A program made the translations under genes and the position numbers. This document shows positions 26,504-38,521 of a stretch of DNA of 64,000 nt, piece by piece. Each line of letters opens with the position of its first letter. Positions within the stretch are counted from its first letter, which is position 1. This DNA comes from Minutocellus sp. GHC0000111 (taxonomy: Eukaryota): contig OZ361260.1 of assembly GCA_977018835.1 (NCBI GenBank), forward strand, positions 2,294,001 through 2,358,000, written 5' to 3'. Under the pieces are notes generated by a model. It had not been told where the DNA came from. It worked only from the letters and a program-made list of their open reading frames with translations, and made no database searches.

Positions 26504-26638
26504 TGGCACCAGTGTCAACCAACCCGAACGCTTGAGCATGTATGGTGCGAACTCTTTGTTATTCAGCCCAGTGGCGATGGCACCAGTGTCAAGCAACCCG
26601 AACGCCTCGGCAGCATTCCAGTATTGTATGGTGCGAAC
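26504..26638. repeat. Imperfect direct repeat in the FBA / RPT5-copy divergent intergenic region
   Basis: tggcaccagtgtcaa(c/g)caacccgaacgc...tgtatggtgcgaac at 26504-26552 and 26578-26638. Confidence 0.85.
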
Positions 26639-26805
26639 CCTGGATTTCCGTTGGATTTCTTGCGAACCCAACTCGACACATGACGCCTTCAAACAGAAGC
26701 CCGTGTCATGCCACCAGAACTACGAACTCGTCGGTCAAAGGCAGCAGCAGCAAAGCACGCCCTCATAAAAAATACAGCCAAATAATTATTCAAAACAGAT
26801 ACGAA

Positions 26806-28326
26806 ATGCCCAAGATTTCCAGGAACAACAGTCTCGAAGGCGCAGACATTTGGGGCTCCAGTGAACAAGATGCTGGCGGCGGCGTCGACCCTTGTCAGTC
26901 TCGCAACAGCAGCAGGCCGCCATCTCGAAGCGGCAGTAGGATATCACTTTCAGGCCAGAAACGCCCAGCTGTGCAGGATGAAGACATGATCCTCGGGGAC
27001 GAGGCAAGTCACATGACAACGGGCGAGCTTCGTAATCTCTGCCAGCTGCTCGACAACGACATTCGAATCATGAGGAGCGACATGAATTTGATTTCATACC
27101 AACAAGCTGAGCAGAGGAAGAAGATCAAAGAATCTTAAGAAAAAATATTGCAGAACAGTCAACCGCCGCTCCTCGTGTCGAATGTGGTGGAGATATTGGA
27201 TCCTGCAGAATTCAAAGATGAGATGGTGTATGAGTTCGACTCCGATGACGGAGGAGATTCCCGCGATCTCGGCGAAACCATGCGCAATCGACCCTCCGCT
27301 GTGATCAAAACATCGACACGGCAAACCATATTCCTACCCATACCAGGATTGATCGATCCAAGAGATCTCCGTCCCGCCGACTTGGTTGGTTGTAACAAGG
27401 ACTCCTACCTCATCCTTGAGAAGTTGCCCGATGAACACGACCGGCGAGTGAAAGCTATGGAGGTAGCCGATAAGCCCACAGAGAGCTATGCAGACATTGC
27501 CGGGTGCGATGCTCAGATTCAAGAGCTCATTGAGGCTGTTGTCCTACCTATGACTCACAACGACATGTTCAAAGCTGTTGGTGTTACTCCTCCCAAGGGC
27601 GTCCTCCTGTACGGACCGCCCGGCACCGGCAAAACTTTGCTCGCGCGGGCCTGTGCAGCTCAGACCAATGCGACGTTTCTCAAATTGGCCGGCCCAGAGC
27701 TCGTGCAAATGTACATCGGCGATGGATCAAAAATGGTCAGAGATGCATTCCAACTCGCCAAGGAAAAGTTCAACGACGGCGATACAGCCGGGGTCATCAT
27801 CTTCATCGATGAGCTGGATGCCATCGGAACCAAACGCGAAGGAGGCGACCGATCCGGCGAGAGAGAGGTCCAACGAACACTCTGTGAGCTACTAAATCAG
27901 CTCGATGGCTTTACCTCCAATGATATGATCAAAGTCATCGCCGCTACAAATCGCCCAGACATACTTCACCCTGCCCTTCTACGCTCTGGGCGCCTGGACC
28001 GCAAGATTGAGCTTCCGATGCCTACCGAAGAAGCTAGAATCAAGATATTAAAAATCCATTCCAGAAAGATACACTTGGACAAGGGCGTAAACTTTGAAGA
28101 ATTGTCAAGGACATGCGAAGATTTCAACGGTGCGCAGATCAAGGCCGTTTGTGTAGAGGCCGGGATGCTTGCACTTCGCAGAGAGGCAAAGGCGGTGCAC
28201 CATGAGGACTTCGTCGAGGCTATCGGCTACGTTGCAACCAAGAAGAAAGGTTGCTTGGACTACTTTGCCAAAATATGCTTTAGCTCTACTTTTTTTAATA
28301 TAGGTAGCGCGCGTATACTCGAATAA
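26806..28326 (+). pseudogene. RPT5: Intronless RPT5 (26S proteasome AAA-ATPase) paralogue with a premature stop
   Basis: [48 protein letters not shown]. In-frame TAA at 27136-27138; the normal stop position after LDYFA reads AAA. Confidence 0.9.
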
Positions 28327-30457
28327 CTTGGGAGTCGTCTTTTTTGCCGAGTCCCAACGCAGACGCATTGGTGAATTGCTGAAGGGCGACACTTGAAAGA
28401 GGAATGGGGCACTTGAGACCCCTCGCCTCGTCAGCAACAATGCCCAGATCTTTGACAAAAATATCCACCACGCTCAATACCTTTGGCTCCTTTTCGCCAA
28501 TCATGCGCGGTCCTCTGTTTTCTAGCATCCAACTATGCCCTGCCGCTCCACATACGATTTTGAAGAACTGGTATACATCGAGGTTTGCCCTGAGTGCCAG
28601 CGCAAATGCCTCGGCGGCGGCTACGATATGAATACCAGCAAGACTTTGGTGGATGTATTTGACAGTCTGGCCCATGCCGGCCCCTCCATCGATAAGATGG
28701 ACTTCCTTGCCAGCAGCATCCAAAATAGGCATTGCAATGGCCAGGCTCATTTCATCGCCAGACGCCATCATTGTTAGTTCTCCAGACAACGCCTTTGCAG
28801 CCCCTCCGCTCACGGGACAGTCGACAAAGTGTATGCCCTTGGATCCAAATCTTTCTTTTGCATAACGTGCCCATTGGGCCGAGACCGTCGAGCAAAGAAT
28901 TACGCACGACCCTGCCGACAATCGAGACAAGAGGTTATTGCCGGAATCGCCGCCAAAGCACACCGATTGGCACTGCCGTTCATTCACCAGGCTTAGGATT
29001 GCAATATCCGTTTCTTTGGTGATGGCTTCTCCCATATTTGTCGGCGGCCAGGACGATGCAGCTTTGCCAGCCTTTCGTGCTTCTTTGTGAAACGCTGAGA
29101 CGAGATCTGACGCCATATCATGCGCTGCAACAGTCGCAGTTGCCGGGGAGCGTAGTAGCGCCCGTGCCATGCCGCCACCAATATTTCCAATGCCAATGAC
29201 AGTCGCGTGGATTGCTTTTCGCTTGATAAGGGGCAATTCATCGCGTAAACTTTTCACCGGAGCTTCTGCTTTTGCACCATCGTCGTTATCATTTCCACTT
29301 ACAATTTTGATATTGACCGACGAAACCTTGACTCGCTGATGATTGTCTGTACTCGGGTATTCGATGAGAATAGCGTATCGCTTCTCTTCCTTGAGATATC
29401 CTTCGATCTGTCCTCGGCGACCGTTCCACAATTCGCCAGGCTTCCCATTGAGACCAACAATTTCACATGCAAGACCATTCAAATTGTCACCCCCGTCACC
29501 TCTTTCAACCTTATCCACTGGCTTGGCCGTAATGACCTCGTACACCTTGACCACCACGGAATCGTCCTTCCGATCCAGCCCCATTGCTTGCGCCGTTAAG
29601 AGCTGCTGTAAAGCGGCACTCGCCAATGGAATTGGGCAGCGCAACTCCTTGGCGGCGTTGTAGACAATGTCCATGTCCTTGACAATGATTGGAAGCGCGC
29701 TCATCACTTTTGATTCTCCTCGTTCAATCATTCTGCTACCTCTGTCCTCGAAGAACCAGGACGCACCCGCGGCACCGCACACAATGTCGTACATTTGCTG
29801 CACGTCCACCCCAGCTCTGGCAGCCAACGCCAACGCTTCTGCCGCTGCCACGAGATGAACCCCGGCAAGCAACTGATGGGCCATCTTGGTGGTCTGCCCA
29901 GCACCGGCCCCACCTTCAATGATGTGTACCTGCGACCCACATGCATCGAGTATTGGCCTGGCCTTCTTGAGCGCGTTTGCATCTCCACTCGCCATCATGG
30001 TCAGCTCCCCCTTGACCGCCCGGGCGGCACCGCCGCTGATGGGGCAGTCGACGAACAGAATCTTTTGCGCCTCGAAGCGTTGCTTGGCTTCCCTGGCCCA
30101 TCGCGGATTGACGGTGGAGCAAAGGACAACGACCGAGCTTGGTCTGAGGAGGGTGCACACATTGGCACCGCCGCTGCTTCCGCCGAAGCACACGGCCTCA
30201 CATTGGGCCTCATTGACCAGCACAAGGACGACCGCGTCCGTGTTGGAAGTCACCGCCTCGGATAGCGACGAGGGAGGGCCAGCAGCCGCCGCATCGGCCT
30301 TGCCACATGTGCTGGCCTCGGCAAAAAACTCGGACGCAAGATGTGCCGACTTGTCGTATCCGACGACGGCTGTGAGTGCAGAAGAGCGGAGGAGGGAACG
30401 GGCCATCCCACCTCCCATGGCCCCGATGCCGATTACGGTAGCATTCATCTTCGTCAT
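28295..30457 (-). CDS. Tandem 3-hydroxyisobutyrate / L-threonate dehydrogenase-family protein (two complete units)
   Basis: Two copies each of IGIG(A/N)xGGGMA, FVDCP(I/V)SGGA, GAGxGQTxK and KDDSxV. Start codon uncertain (30457 or 30472). Confidence 0.9.
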   Translation of the reverse strand: MTKMNATVIGIGAMGGGMARSLLRSSALTAVVGYDKSAHLASEFFAEASTCGKADAAAAGPPSSLSEAVTSNTDAVVLVLVNEAQCEAVCFGGSSGGANVCTLLRPSSVVVLCSTVNPRWAREAKQRFEAQKILFVDCPISGGAARAVKGELTMMASGDANALKKARPILDACGSQVHIIEGGAGAGQTTKMAHQLLAGVHLVAAAEALALAARAGVDVQQMYDIVCGAAGASWFFEDRGSRMIERGESKVMSALPIIVKDMDIVYNAAKELRCPIPLASAALQQLLTAQAMGLDRKDDSVVVKVYEVITAKPVDKVERGDGGDNLNGLACEIVGLNGKPGELWNGRRGQIEGYLKEEKRYAILIEYPSTDNHQRVKVSSVNIKIVSGNDNDDGAKAEAPVKSLRDELPLIKRKAIHATVIGIGNIGGGMARALLRSPATATVAAHDMASDLVSAFHKEARKAGKAASSWPPTNMGEAITKETDIAILSLVNERQCQSVCFGGDSGNNLLSRLSAGSCVILCSTVSAQWARYAKERFGSKGIHFVDCPVSGGAAKALSGELTMMASGDEMSLAIAMPILDAAGKEVHLIDGGAGMGQTVKYIHQSLAGIHIVAAAEAFALALRANLDVYQFFKIVCGAAGHSWMLENRGPRMIGEKEPKVLSVVDIFVKDLGIVADEARGLKCPIPLSSVALQQFTNASALGLGKKDDSQVIRVYARYLY

Positions 30458-30719
30458 TGCATGTGGCAGCATGTGCTCTTGGCAACTTTGACCGACTTGC
30501 ATGCATACGTGTTCCGTCTGGCCGTCGCTTTTGAATGTTTTCCTCTTGCTTGCGAATCGAATCGAATCCCCCCCCCAGCGGAAATCATTATGGTACATGT
30601 ATTGATACTCGTTAATGTAGTTATTCAATGTGATTGGATACGTATCACAATATTAAAGTAGTGACTTTCGTCTATATTTATTCATCTCGTGAGGAAAGAT
30701 GATCTTGTACGTTGACGAT

Positions 30720-30737
30720 ATGTAGGAATTCCTACAT
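30720..30737. repeat. 18-bp perfect palindrome ATGTAGGAATTCCTACAT
   Basis: Self-complementary; the same core recurs at 35982-36011. Confidence 0.85.
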
Positions 30738-30816
30738 GTATAATATCATCATCTCTCAATCGCCACACCAGCTTTTCCAGCACCAATCATGTATCTTCAA
30801 TGAAATGGAGTTGCAT

Positions 30817-31618
30817 TCAATTATCATCGGCATGCCGAATAAAAGTTACTTGTCCTCCATCATTGTATGCCGACTCCTCGTCCTTGTTCAGCTTGAGAGA
30901 AAGGAAGATGCTCAAAAAAGAAGACGCAGTTGAGGAACAGTACTCGAAGCACGGGAGGGCAGAAGGCGATGTTGACAGCCGTTGCCGGAACCCACAGCTT
31001 CCAATTGGCCCACATGGTGTCCACGTAGTCATCGTCCAGCTGCTTCTTGATGGCATCCACATTCTTTCCCTCGAGCGCTCCGAGGAATACAAATATCAAT
31101 ACTGTGAAAATGGGCGCTTGGATGAATTGATCAATGACAACCTTGATCCCAGTGGTGGCCGTGAAGGGATCCTCCGTCGGCGGGAGTGCACCGTCCAACA
31201 AGAGATAATAAAAGTGATTCCATGGAGCCTGAAGGACCAGGCCGAAGAATGCAAACCTTGCCACTCGAGCAATATCAACCCCCTCGTCACTGCCGGCTTC
31301 CTCTCCCTTGTTGGCCTTCTCGATGAACTGACCGGTAAAGTCGGCGGCACCGAGGATGACACTGGCGGTAACGCTCTTGACCAGCAACGGATTGGATTCG
31401 AGGGCATCGTTGTAGCTGGACCATGCCCCCGTTAGGCTCTCCACCACTCCACCATCGGCCATTTGCAATTTTGGACATGTTGACGAGGCGGTTCGAACAT
31501 TATTATTTTGTGCTAATGGTAGAACCCGATGAACTGACGATCTGGGAACGAACGCAGCGACGGGAACTGCGGCGAAGAGCGAAGCGATCAATGCGGCGAT
31601 GATATTGGAGCGGCTCAT
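30817..31618 (-). CDS. Plastid-targeted Mpv17/PMP22 family protein (frameshift near the C-terminus)
   Basis: VAAFVP targeting motif, PLLVKSVT, KVVIDQ, ANWKLWVPA, LRVLFLN. The expected WSIFLS ending is out of frame at the homopolymer 30913-30919. Confidence 0.9.
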
Positions 31619-31945
31619 TTTATGAAACACCAGCCACGTACGCAAACAAGGAGTGGGAAATGCCGCCGTCAGAGCCGGCCGGAGCAGAGCACGCACGAGG
31701 GACGCCACACACGCTGACTCACTCTGATGCACCAAAAGGTCAATGGTAAACGCGTTAAGGATCGGAGAAATTTTCAGTGGATGGATCTGGAGAATGAATG
31801 CTCATCATCATGGCACGAGCCCCTTCCCTTGGAACGTCTTGAGATACTGGTATAAACACCTGCGGTTCGGAAATGAAATATTTTATAAACAAAAATTATC
31901 GGTTACTAGCTAGCACCTCTTTTTTTCTATCAACCGTTACCATTC

Positions 31946-33096
31946 TCACTCATTCACAAAGGGAAAGAGCGGTGCCTTCACGTCCTCTCGCCAGCTCTTG
32001 TATGCCATTTCGGATTCATAGCGATCTGCTTGCTTCTCGTCCAATCGCTTGGTCGCACCGGTCATGATACTGACGATGCCCCACAAACCGATCGATCCCG
32101 TCAACCATGCCACCACGTTCTTGCCAAAGGCCGGGAGGCCGCCCAAGAACATACCCGCCCAAAACAAAATCTCACCGGCATAGTTGGGATGTCTCGACAG
32201 ACCGTACAGACCTCCCGTCGGCCCGACGAAGCTGCTGGTGTAATCGTAGTTGCGCTTGACGAGGAACTTTTGCGTGTCCGCCGTGGCCTCCACGCCGAGG
32301 CCGAAGAATGCCAATGCCACGCCAACCCACTGCACCTTGGTCAGTATTGCCGCCGAGCAGATTCCCACCGGGCAGGACAGCTCGGCACCGGCCCGGATGG
32401 CATACAGGACGGGAGACACCATGAAGGCGTAGAACATCCCCACGGCCGCCGCGAAGGGCACACGGGCCGGTTTGGACGTCTTGTCGAGCTTCTTGATTTG
32501 CTCCTTCTTTGATTTGCTCCTTCTTGGAGGGGACCGCCACCTCCCTCAGAAACAAAAAGTTAGGCGCCGTAGATCAGTCCGGCATATGCCAACAGTTGAG
32601 GAGGAGCAGCACCAGCTCCAGTCCAAGCCGCCTTGCTCGTAATGCTGGGCAGGCCAAAGATGCCAATGAGAGAGGCGCACATGGCCGAGAACGAATAGGC
32701 CTGGCGGATCAGCGTGAGGGGGACGACCGTGGCGGCCGAGATGGCCGTGAGGCCTGCTACGGGCAGAACGTGCGGTCCGGTGAGGATGGCCGATTTGACG
32801 GCCGCTACGGCCGGCGCGCACGACGATAGGGCCGTGGTGACGGCGGCGGGCAGGGCCATGGCAGTTGTTGTTGTCGTCGTCGTCGTGCTTCTGTTCTTTG
32901 CGGGCGTATTGTAGCCATTGGAGATACCGAACGCATCCCATGATGATGCACTGCTCGTCATGCGATCGAACGCGTTGGTCCTTTGGCCTAAGCGATGGAC
33001 CGCATTTGCATTTCGAGACGGCACCATAAAGGCCTGGGCGGACGGGCACGATGCCGCCGCCGCGAGGAGCAGGAGGAGGGCTGCTGGTCGGTTCAT
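31946..33096 (-). pseudogene. Plastid-targeted DUF1295 / steroid 5-alpha-reductase-like protein, disrupted
   Basis: AQAF motif, IRQAYSFS, EATADTQK, SRHPNYAGEILFW. Stop at 32560-32562 and a 16-bp tandem duplication at 32493-32524. Confidence 0.85.
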
Positions 33097-33426
33097 CGTT
33101 CCTTGTGTTATGTTCCATCACGTGGTGTGCTTCTTTTTTGGCGACTGGACTTTCAGATCGCTGGCGTGAAGTACGTACTAGTACGTACATGCAGAACACC
33201 GAATTTTGATGCAGAGGGACTTTCAGCGTGCGTGTTTTTTGTATTTTTCGCTCGAAGGAACCCGGCTTGAAGTTGTGCTCTTTTTGCTTGCTTGCTTTGG
33301 CTGCATGCATCCATCATCATCATTTGCTTCCATCGAACATGCAAGCCAAGGCGAGGTTTGGATCCTTGTGAGCTCTGTGTGGTAGATACTGCGCAGTATA
33401 CCAATTGCATAAGAAGGCAATATACA

Positions 33427-35706
33427 ATGGTCAAGTTTGGCGCTCTCGCTCTGGCCGTCGCGGCTCTCTCGGCCTCGAACGTCGATGCCTTTGCCGGCCC
33501 TCGGTCCCATGCCGCCGCCTCTGGCTCCTCTGCCTCTGGCTCGGCCCTCCGAATGTCGACCAGCAGCTACCCCACCACCGCCGAGGACATCCTGTGGACA
33601 CCCTCGTGGAAGACCGGAGAACGCGACGAGGCCCTGGGCCCCATCGGCAAGTACTGCGAGGACCTGTACCGCGTCACCCGCCGCAAGACCCGGACCGTCA
33701 ACTGCGGCCCGGTCAAGTTTGGGTCGGACCATCCCATCGTGAGGCAGACCATGGCCACCACCGCCACGGCCGACGTCGACGGGACGATCGAGCAGGTGAT
33801 GCGCTGCGCCGACAAGGGGTTCGATCTGGTCCGCATCACCGTCCAGGGCAAGCGCGAGGCCAATGCCGCCGACAAGATCCGGGAGGGACTGTTCAAGAAG
33901 GGATACGACATTCCCCTCTGCGCCGACATGCACTTCCAGCCCGTCGTGGCGCAGCTGGTGGCCGACGCCGTCGAGAAGATTCGGATCAATCCGGGCAACT
34001 TTGCCGACGGGCGGAAGGACTTTGAGGAGAAGGTGTACGAGAGCGAGGCCGACTACGTCCAGGAGCGAGAGTACCTGGTCGAGGCCATGCTCCCCCTCGT
34101 CGAGAAGTGCAAGAAGCTCGACCGGTGCATGCGGATCGGCACCAACCACGGTTCGTTGTCGAGCCGCGTCCTGTCCTTCTATGGCGACACCCCCCGCGGC
34201 ATGGTCGAGTCGGCCATCGAGTTCGCCGACATCTGCCGCTCCCAGGACTACCACAACTTCGTCTTCTCCATGAAGGCGTCCAACCCCCTCGTCATGGTCC
34301 AGTCCTACCGCCTCCTGGCCGCCGAGATGTACCGGATGGACTGGGACTACCCCCTCCACCTCGGCGTGACCGAGGCCGGAGAGGGCGAGGACGGACGGAT
34401 GAAGTCGGCCGTCGGCATCGGCACCCTCCTCGCCGATGGCCTCGGCGACACCGTCCGCGTATCCCTCACCGAGGATCCCGAGTTCGAGTACGAACCCTGC
34501 AACCGCCTCGCCGAGATTGCCACCGATCGGTTGGCCGATCTCAACCCCGAGGCCGCCCAGCGCCAGGCCGCCGTCCCCACCTACGTCGACACGCGGGACA
34601 TCACCACCTTCTCCCGCCGACAGGGTGCTCTTCCTGAGAAGAAGGAGGCCGACACCATCGACGTCAGCGGCATCCTCAACGAGAACGGCAGCGTCATTTC
34701 CGCCGTCACCCCCGAAATGCTAAAGGAGGAGAACGTCCAGTACCTGTACCAGGAGCTGGGATGCAAGACCGCCGTCGGCATGCCCTTCAAGGACGTGGCC
34801 ACCTCGGACTCCATCTTCCTCCGGTCCGTCCCCTCCTCCGACGATGCCGCCGCCCGCACCGCCCTCCGCCGCCTGGCCGAGGTCAACATGGGCATCATCG
34901 TTCCCGCCGAGGAGTTGGAGAAGGATCCCCTCCCCAACGCCATCGCCCTCATGGAGCTCAAGGACGCCATCGCCAAGGACGGCGCCCTGCCCGCCGGTGC
35001 CATCCGCCTCGCCGTGACCATCCACGGCACCGAAACCGAGGACGAGCTCAAGCAGATCCAGGACCTCGACCCCGCCCTCGTCCTCCTCCGTGCCTCCGAC
35101 GAGGTGTCCAACCTCCACGCCTCCCGCCGGGTCTTTGAGATCCTCAAGGCGGCCGACATCACCACCTCCGTCATCCACCACTTCCAGACCGACACCGCCG
35201 AATCCGACGAGCTGGCCCTCCAGATGGGCATGAAGATCGGTTCGCTGTTGTCCGATGGTGCCGGAGACGGCGTCCTCGTCGAGCAGACCGGGGATTCCAG
35301 CCCCTTCTCCGTCGACTTTGTCCGACGAACGTCCTTCTCCCTGCTGCAGGGGTGCCGCATGCGCAACACCAAGACCGAGTTCGTGTCCTGCCCCTCGTGC
35401 GGCCGCACCCTGTTCGATCTGCAGGAGACCACCGCCAAGATTCAGGAGTCGACGGGACATTTGCCGGGAGTTACCGTCGCCGTTATGGGTTGCATCGTGA
35501 ACGGACCTGGTGAGATGGCCGATGCCGACTTTGGATACGTCGGTACCCTGCCCGGAAAGATCGACCTTTACTACGGAAAGGAGGTTGTGCGAAAGAACGT
35601 TCCCGAGGCAGAGGCTGTTGAGGGGCTTGTTGATCTTATCAAGGAGTATGGAATGTGGAAGGAGAAGGACGAAGAGGAGAGCGAGGTCGAGGCCGTTGCT
35701 GCATAG
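33427..35706 (+). CDS. ispG: 4-hydroxy-3-methylbut-2-enyl diphosphate synthase (plastid, three-domain type)
   Basis: VDAF targeting motif; ADMHF, RINPGN, RIGTNHGSLS, PLHLGVTEAG, RVSLTE, SCPSCGRT, VMGCIVNGPGE. Confidence 0.98.
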   Translation: MVKFGALALAVAALSASNVDAFAGPRSHAAASGSSASGSALRMSTSSYPTTAEDILWTPSWKTGERDEALGPIGKYCEDLYRVTRRKTRTVNCGPVKFGSDHPIVRQTMATTATADVDGTIEQVMRCADKGFDLVRITVQGKREANAADKIREGLFKKGYDIPLCADMHFQPVVAQLVADAVEKIRINPGNFADGRKDFEEKVYESEADYVQEREYLVEAMLPLVEKCKKLDRCMRIGTNHGSLSSRVLSFYGDTPRGMVESAIEFADICRSQDYHNFVFSMKASNPLVMVQSYRLLAAEMYRMDWDYPLHLGVTEAGEGEDGRMKSAVGIGTLLADGLGDTVRVSLTEDPEFEYEPCNRLAEIATDRLADLNPEAAQRQAAVPTYVDTRDITTFSRRQGALPEKKEADTIDVSGILNENGSVISAVTPEMLKEENVQYLYQELGCKTAVGMPFKDVATSDSIFLRSVPSSDDAAARTALRRLAEVNMGIIVPAEELEKDPLPNAIALMELKDAIAKDGALPAGAIRLAVTIHGTETEDELKQIQDLDPALVLLRASDEVSNLHASRRVFEILKAADITTSVIHHFQTDTAESDELALQMGMKIGSLLSDGAGDGVLVEQTGDSSPFSVDFVRRTSFSLLQGCRMRNTKTEFVSCPSCGRTLFDLQETTAKIQESTGHLPGVTVAVMGCIVNGPGEMADADFGYVGTLPGKIDLYYGKEVVRKNVPEAEAVEGLVDLIKEYGMWKEKDEEESEVEAVAA

Positions 35707-35981
35707 AGCGATAGATACCAAGCATTGAATGAATAAGATAAGCTTAAAATTGTGCATTACGAGTCAAAATTGGCCGCCGACGGATGATGTTTCAAAAAGG
35801 ACCGAGAAGAATCCTTGAAGCCAGGCGGCCATTCACGTGACTGCACATGCATTGCTGCACGGTTGTTTGTTGTTCTGCTGTGCAGAGAAGGTTTCCTGGG
35901 AGAGAAATGATTGGCCGGTTGGAAGGATGTGCTGATGATGATGCCGAAAATTGGAAAAAAAATCCCATCATAAAAACACCG

Positions 35982-36011
35982 GTAGGAATTCCTACATGTA
36001 GGAATTCCTAC
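35982..36011. repeat. 30-bp perfect palindrome: GTAGGAATTCCTAC-AT-GTAGGAATTCCTAC
   Basis: Read directly from the sequence. Confidence 0.9.
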
Positions 36012-36127
36012 ATGTTGACAGCGAAGACAGACAGCTAGGCACAACTCTACGTCTCAGAGCATCGGTACATGCATCAATAGATCTACATATAGTCTACCGG
36101 ACCGGTGTTACTGTTGCCTGCCACCTG

Positions 36128-36166
36128 GACTCGACTCGACTCGGACTCGACTCGACTCGACTGACT
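36128..36166. repeat. (GACTC)n-like microsatellite
   Basis: gactcgactcgactcggactcgactcgactcgactgactc. Confidence 0.85.
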
Positions 36167-36313
36167 CTTGCTGTGAGTCAGCAGCCGCGCAGAGCAGAGC
36201 GAGCCGTCACCGGCCGCCATGTCATTTCGACGTATTTTAGAAACCATTTTCTGACGCACGAAGCGACACAGCGCAGAGCCAACCATTTCTCAACCGTCTT
36301 ACCGCTCTTCAAG

Positions 36314-38446
36314 ATGGGTTGCTCTTCTGCTTCCCCCCTCTTGGCCATCCTGGCCCTGGCTGGACTAACATGTGCGTTCGTCCCGCAGCCTTCGACGCAG
36401 CACCAAAGCATGAAACAGCATGTGCCGCAATTTGCGGAATCGGCACAAGCTCTGCATGCGACGATACCAGATGAAGACGTTGCCTTCCTTGATTTTGACG
36501 CCGAGGGGTTTGAGGATGATGGTGGCGATTACGATGACTTTGACGAGGGTGGCGCAATGTACGAAGATGAAGCTGATATCGATTTGGTATCTGGCCGTGG
36601 ACTTGTGGAGATTGACGGCATGACGTTCGATGACGACGACGAGGATGACAGTGCCGCTAGTGACGCTCCTGCCCAGCCCATCCGCCGTCAGCGCCGGGAG
36701 AAGAAGGTTCCCATCCTTGCCATCGTTGGTCGGCCCAACGTCGGCAAATCGGCGCTTGTCAATCGCATTGCCGGCACGCAGTCTGGCGGTGCCATCGTGG
36801 CCGATGAGGAGGGCATCACCCGCGATAGGACGTATCGGAATGCCGAGTTCTTGGGCGAAAAGTTTCAGCTCGTGGATACCGGTGGTCTGGTCTTTGATGA
36901 CAACGACGCGCTCTTTGCCAGTGAGATCCGTGAACAGGCCATGGTGGCCATCGAAGAGGCCGCGGCTGTCATCTTGGTCGTCGATGGGCAGGTTGGTCCG
37001 ACCATTATGGACGAGCAGCTTGCCAGTTTCCTCCGGAAGGAAATTACCAAGCAGATTCCCGTCATTCTGGCCGTCAACAAGTGTGAGAGTGAAAAGACCG
37101 GCGGCGTTGCTGCCGCAGAGTTTTGGGGGCTGGGTCTTGGTGAACCTCATCCTGTTTCGGCTCTGCACGGTGTCGGCACGGCCGATCTGCTCGAGGACGT
37201 CTTTGAAAACATTGTTGAGAAGGGATCTGCCATCAAGGGCTTTGGTACCAAGGTGAAGGAACTCGAGGCGGCCAAGGAGGCCATTATGAATCAGTCTGAT
37301 GAGCCTCTCGAGGGTGAAGACGAGACGAACGTCCTACTTCGTCAATATGGACTGGGAAGAGACGAGAAAGATGTCATTGAGCGATATGAAAACGCCTTGG
37401 CTGCCTTTGACGACGAAGAGAAGCAGGTAAGTTTTGGCTGGCAGCTGGCGAATTAGAGCATGTGATTTTGTATTGAATTTGTGTCCTTCCAAATAATTTA
37501 CTCACCCACCCTTTCTTTCATTATCAATCTATAGGAGGAGATCAACATTGCTATCGTTGGCAGGCCCAACGTCGGCAAGAGTTCCTTGCTCAACAATATC
37601 TTTGGTGGAGCTCGTGCCATTGTAAGTGATGTGGCCGGTACTACACGCGATTCGATTGATGCGGTCATGGAACGTCCTGCTCCTCCTGGTAGCGATAAGG
37701 CCCCCACCATCTATCGGTTCGTGGATACTGCGGGCATTCGTCGAAAGGGAAAGGTTGAATTCGGACCCGAATTTTTCATGGTTAATCGGGCTCTGCGTGC
37801 CATTCGTCGTGCCGATGTTGCGCTCCTCGTAATGGACGCTACCGCCGGCGTTACGGAACAAGACCGGGTTCTTGCGCAAAAGATTGCTGACGACGGGCGG
37901 GCATGCGTCATCATCTGTAACAAGTGGGATGCTGTAGTTGACAAGGACGAGACCACATACGACAAATCTGTGAAATATTTCCGTTCGGAGTTGCCACAGG
38001 TTCGTTGGGCTCCCATCCTTTTCATCTCGGCGGCGACGGGCCAGAGGGTGGGAAAGATTTACGGTGCCATCGATGAAGCTCTCAAGGCACATCGCAAGAT
38101 CATCTCAACAGCCATTCTGAACGAAGTGCTGCGTGATGCCATCCTTTGGCAGCCTCCCCCGGCCAAGCGAAATGGTGCTCAGGCCAAGATTTACTACTGC
38201 AATCAGGTGTCGACCCGACCACCGACTATCGTTGTGTTTGTCAACGACCCCAAGCTTATCAATGATAATTACCGGAGGTATTTGGATCGCAAGTTCCGAG
38301 AAAGTTTGGACGGCTTCGAAGCGACACCTATCCGTTGGATCTTCCGCGGCCGAAGGGCCCGTGATATTCGCCGGGCACGAAATATGAATGGTGATCCTGG
38401 CGATGGCGGTTCCGGCGTCAGTACACCTTTCCCCCATGCATATTAG
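36314..38446 (+). CDS. der: Plastid ribosome biogenesis GTPase Der/EngA
   Basis: Exons 36314-37426 and 37535-38446. Two GRPNVGKS P-loops, DTGG/DTAG, NKCE/NKWD, C-terminal KH-like domain; TCAFVP targeting motif. Confidence 0.97.
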
Positions 38447-38521
38447 GCGAATGAGTATCAATAGTAAGAAATCCTGTTGTTTAGTACATGAAAATACTTT
38501 TTCTAGCTACGTAATAGTCAC

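Noticed and set aside
27136..27138. Stop-codon reassignment or programmed readthrough
   Set aside because: TAA and TAG terminate intact genes in this window (RPT5, ispG, der); simple mutation is more parsimonious.
33223..35757. Long antisense ORFs (378, 285 and 345 aa) over ispG
   Set aside because: Explained by the high GC3 of ispG; no motifs.
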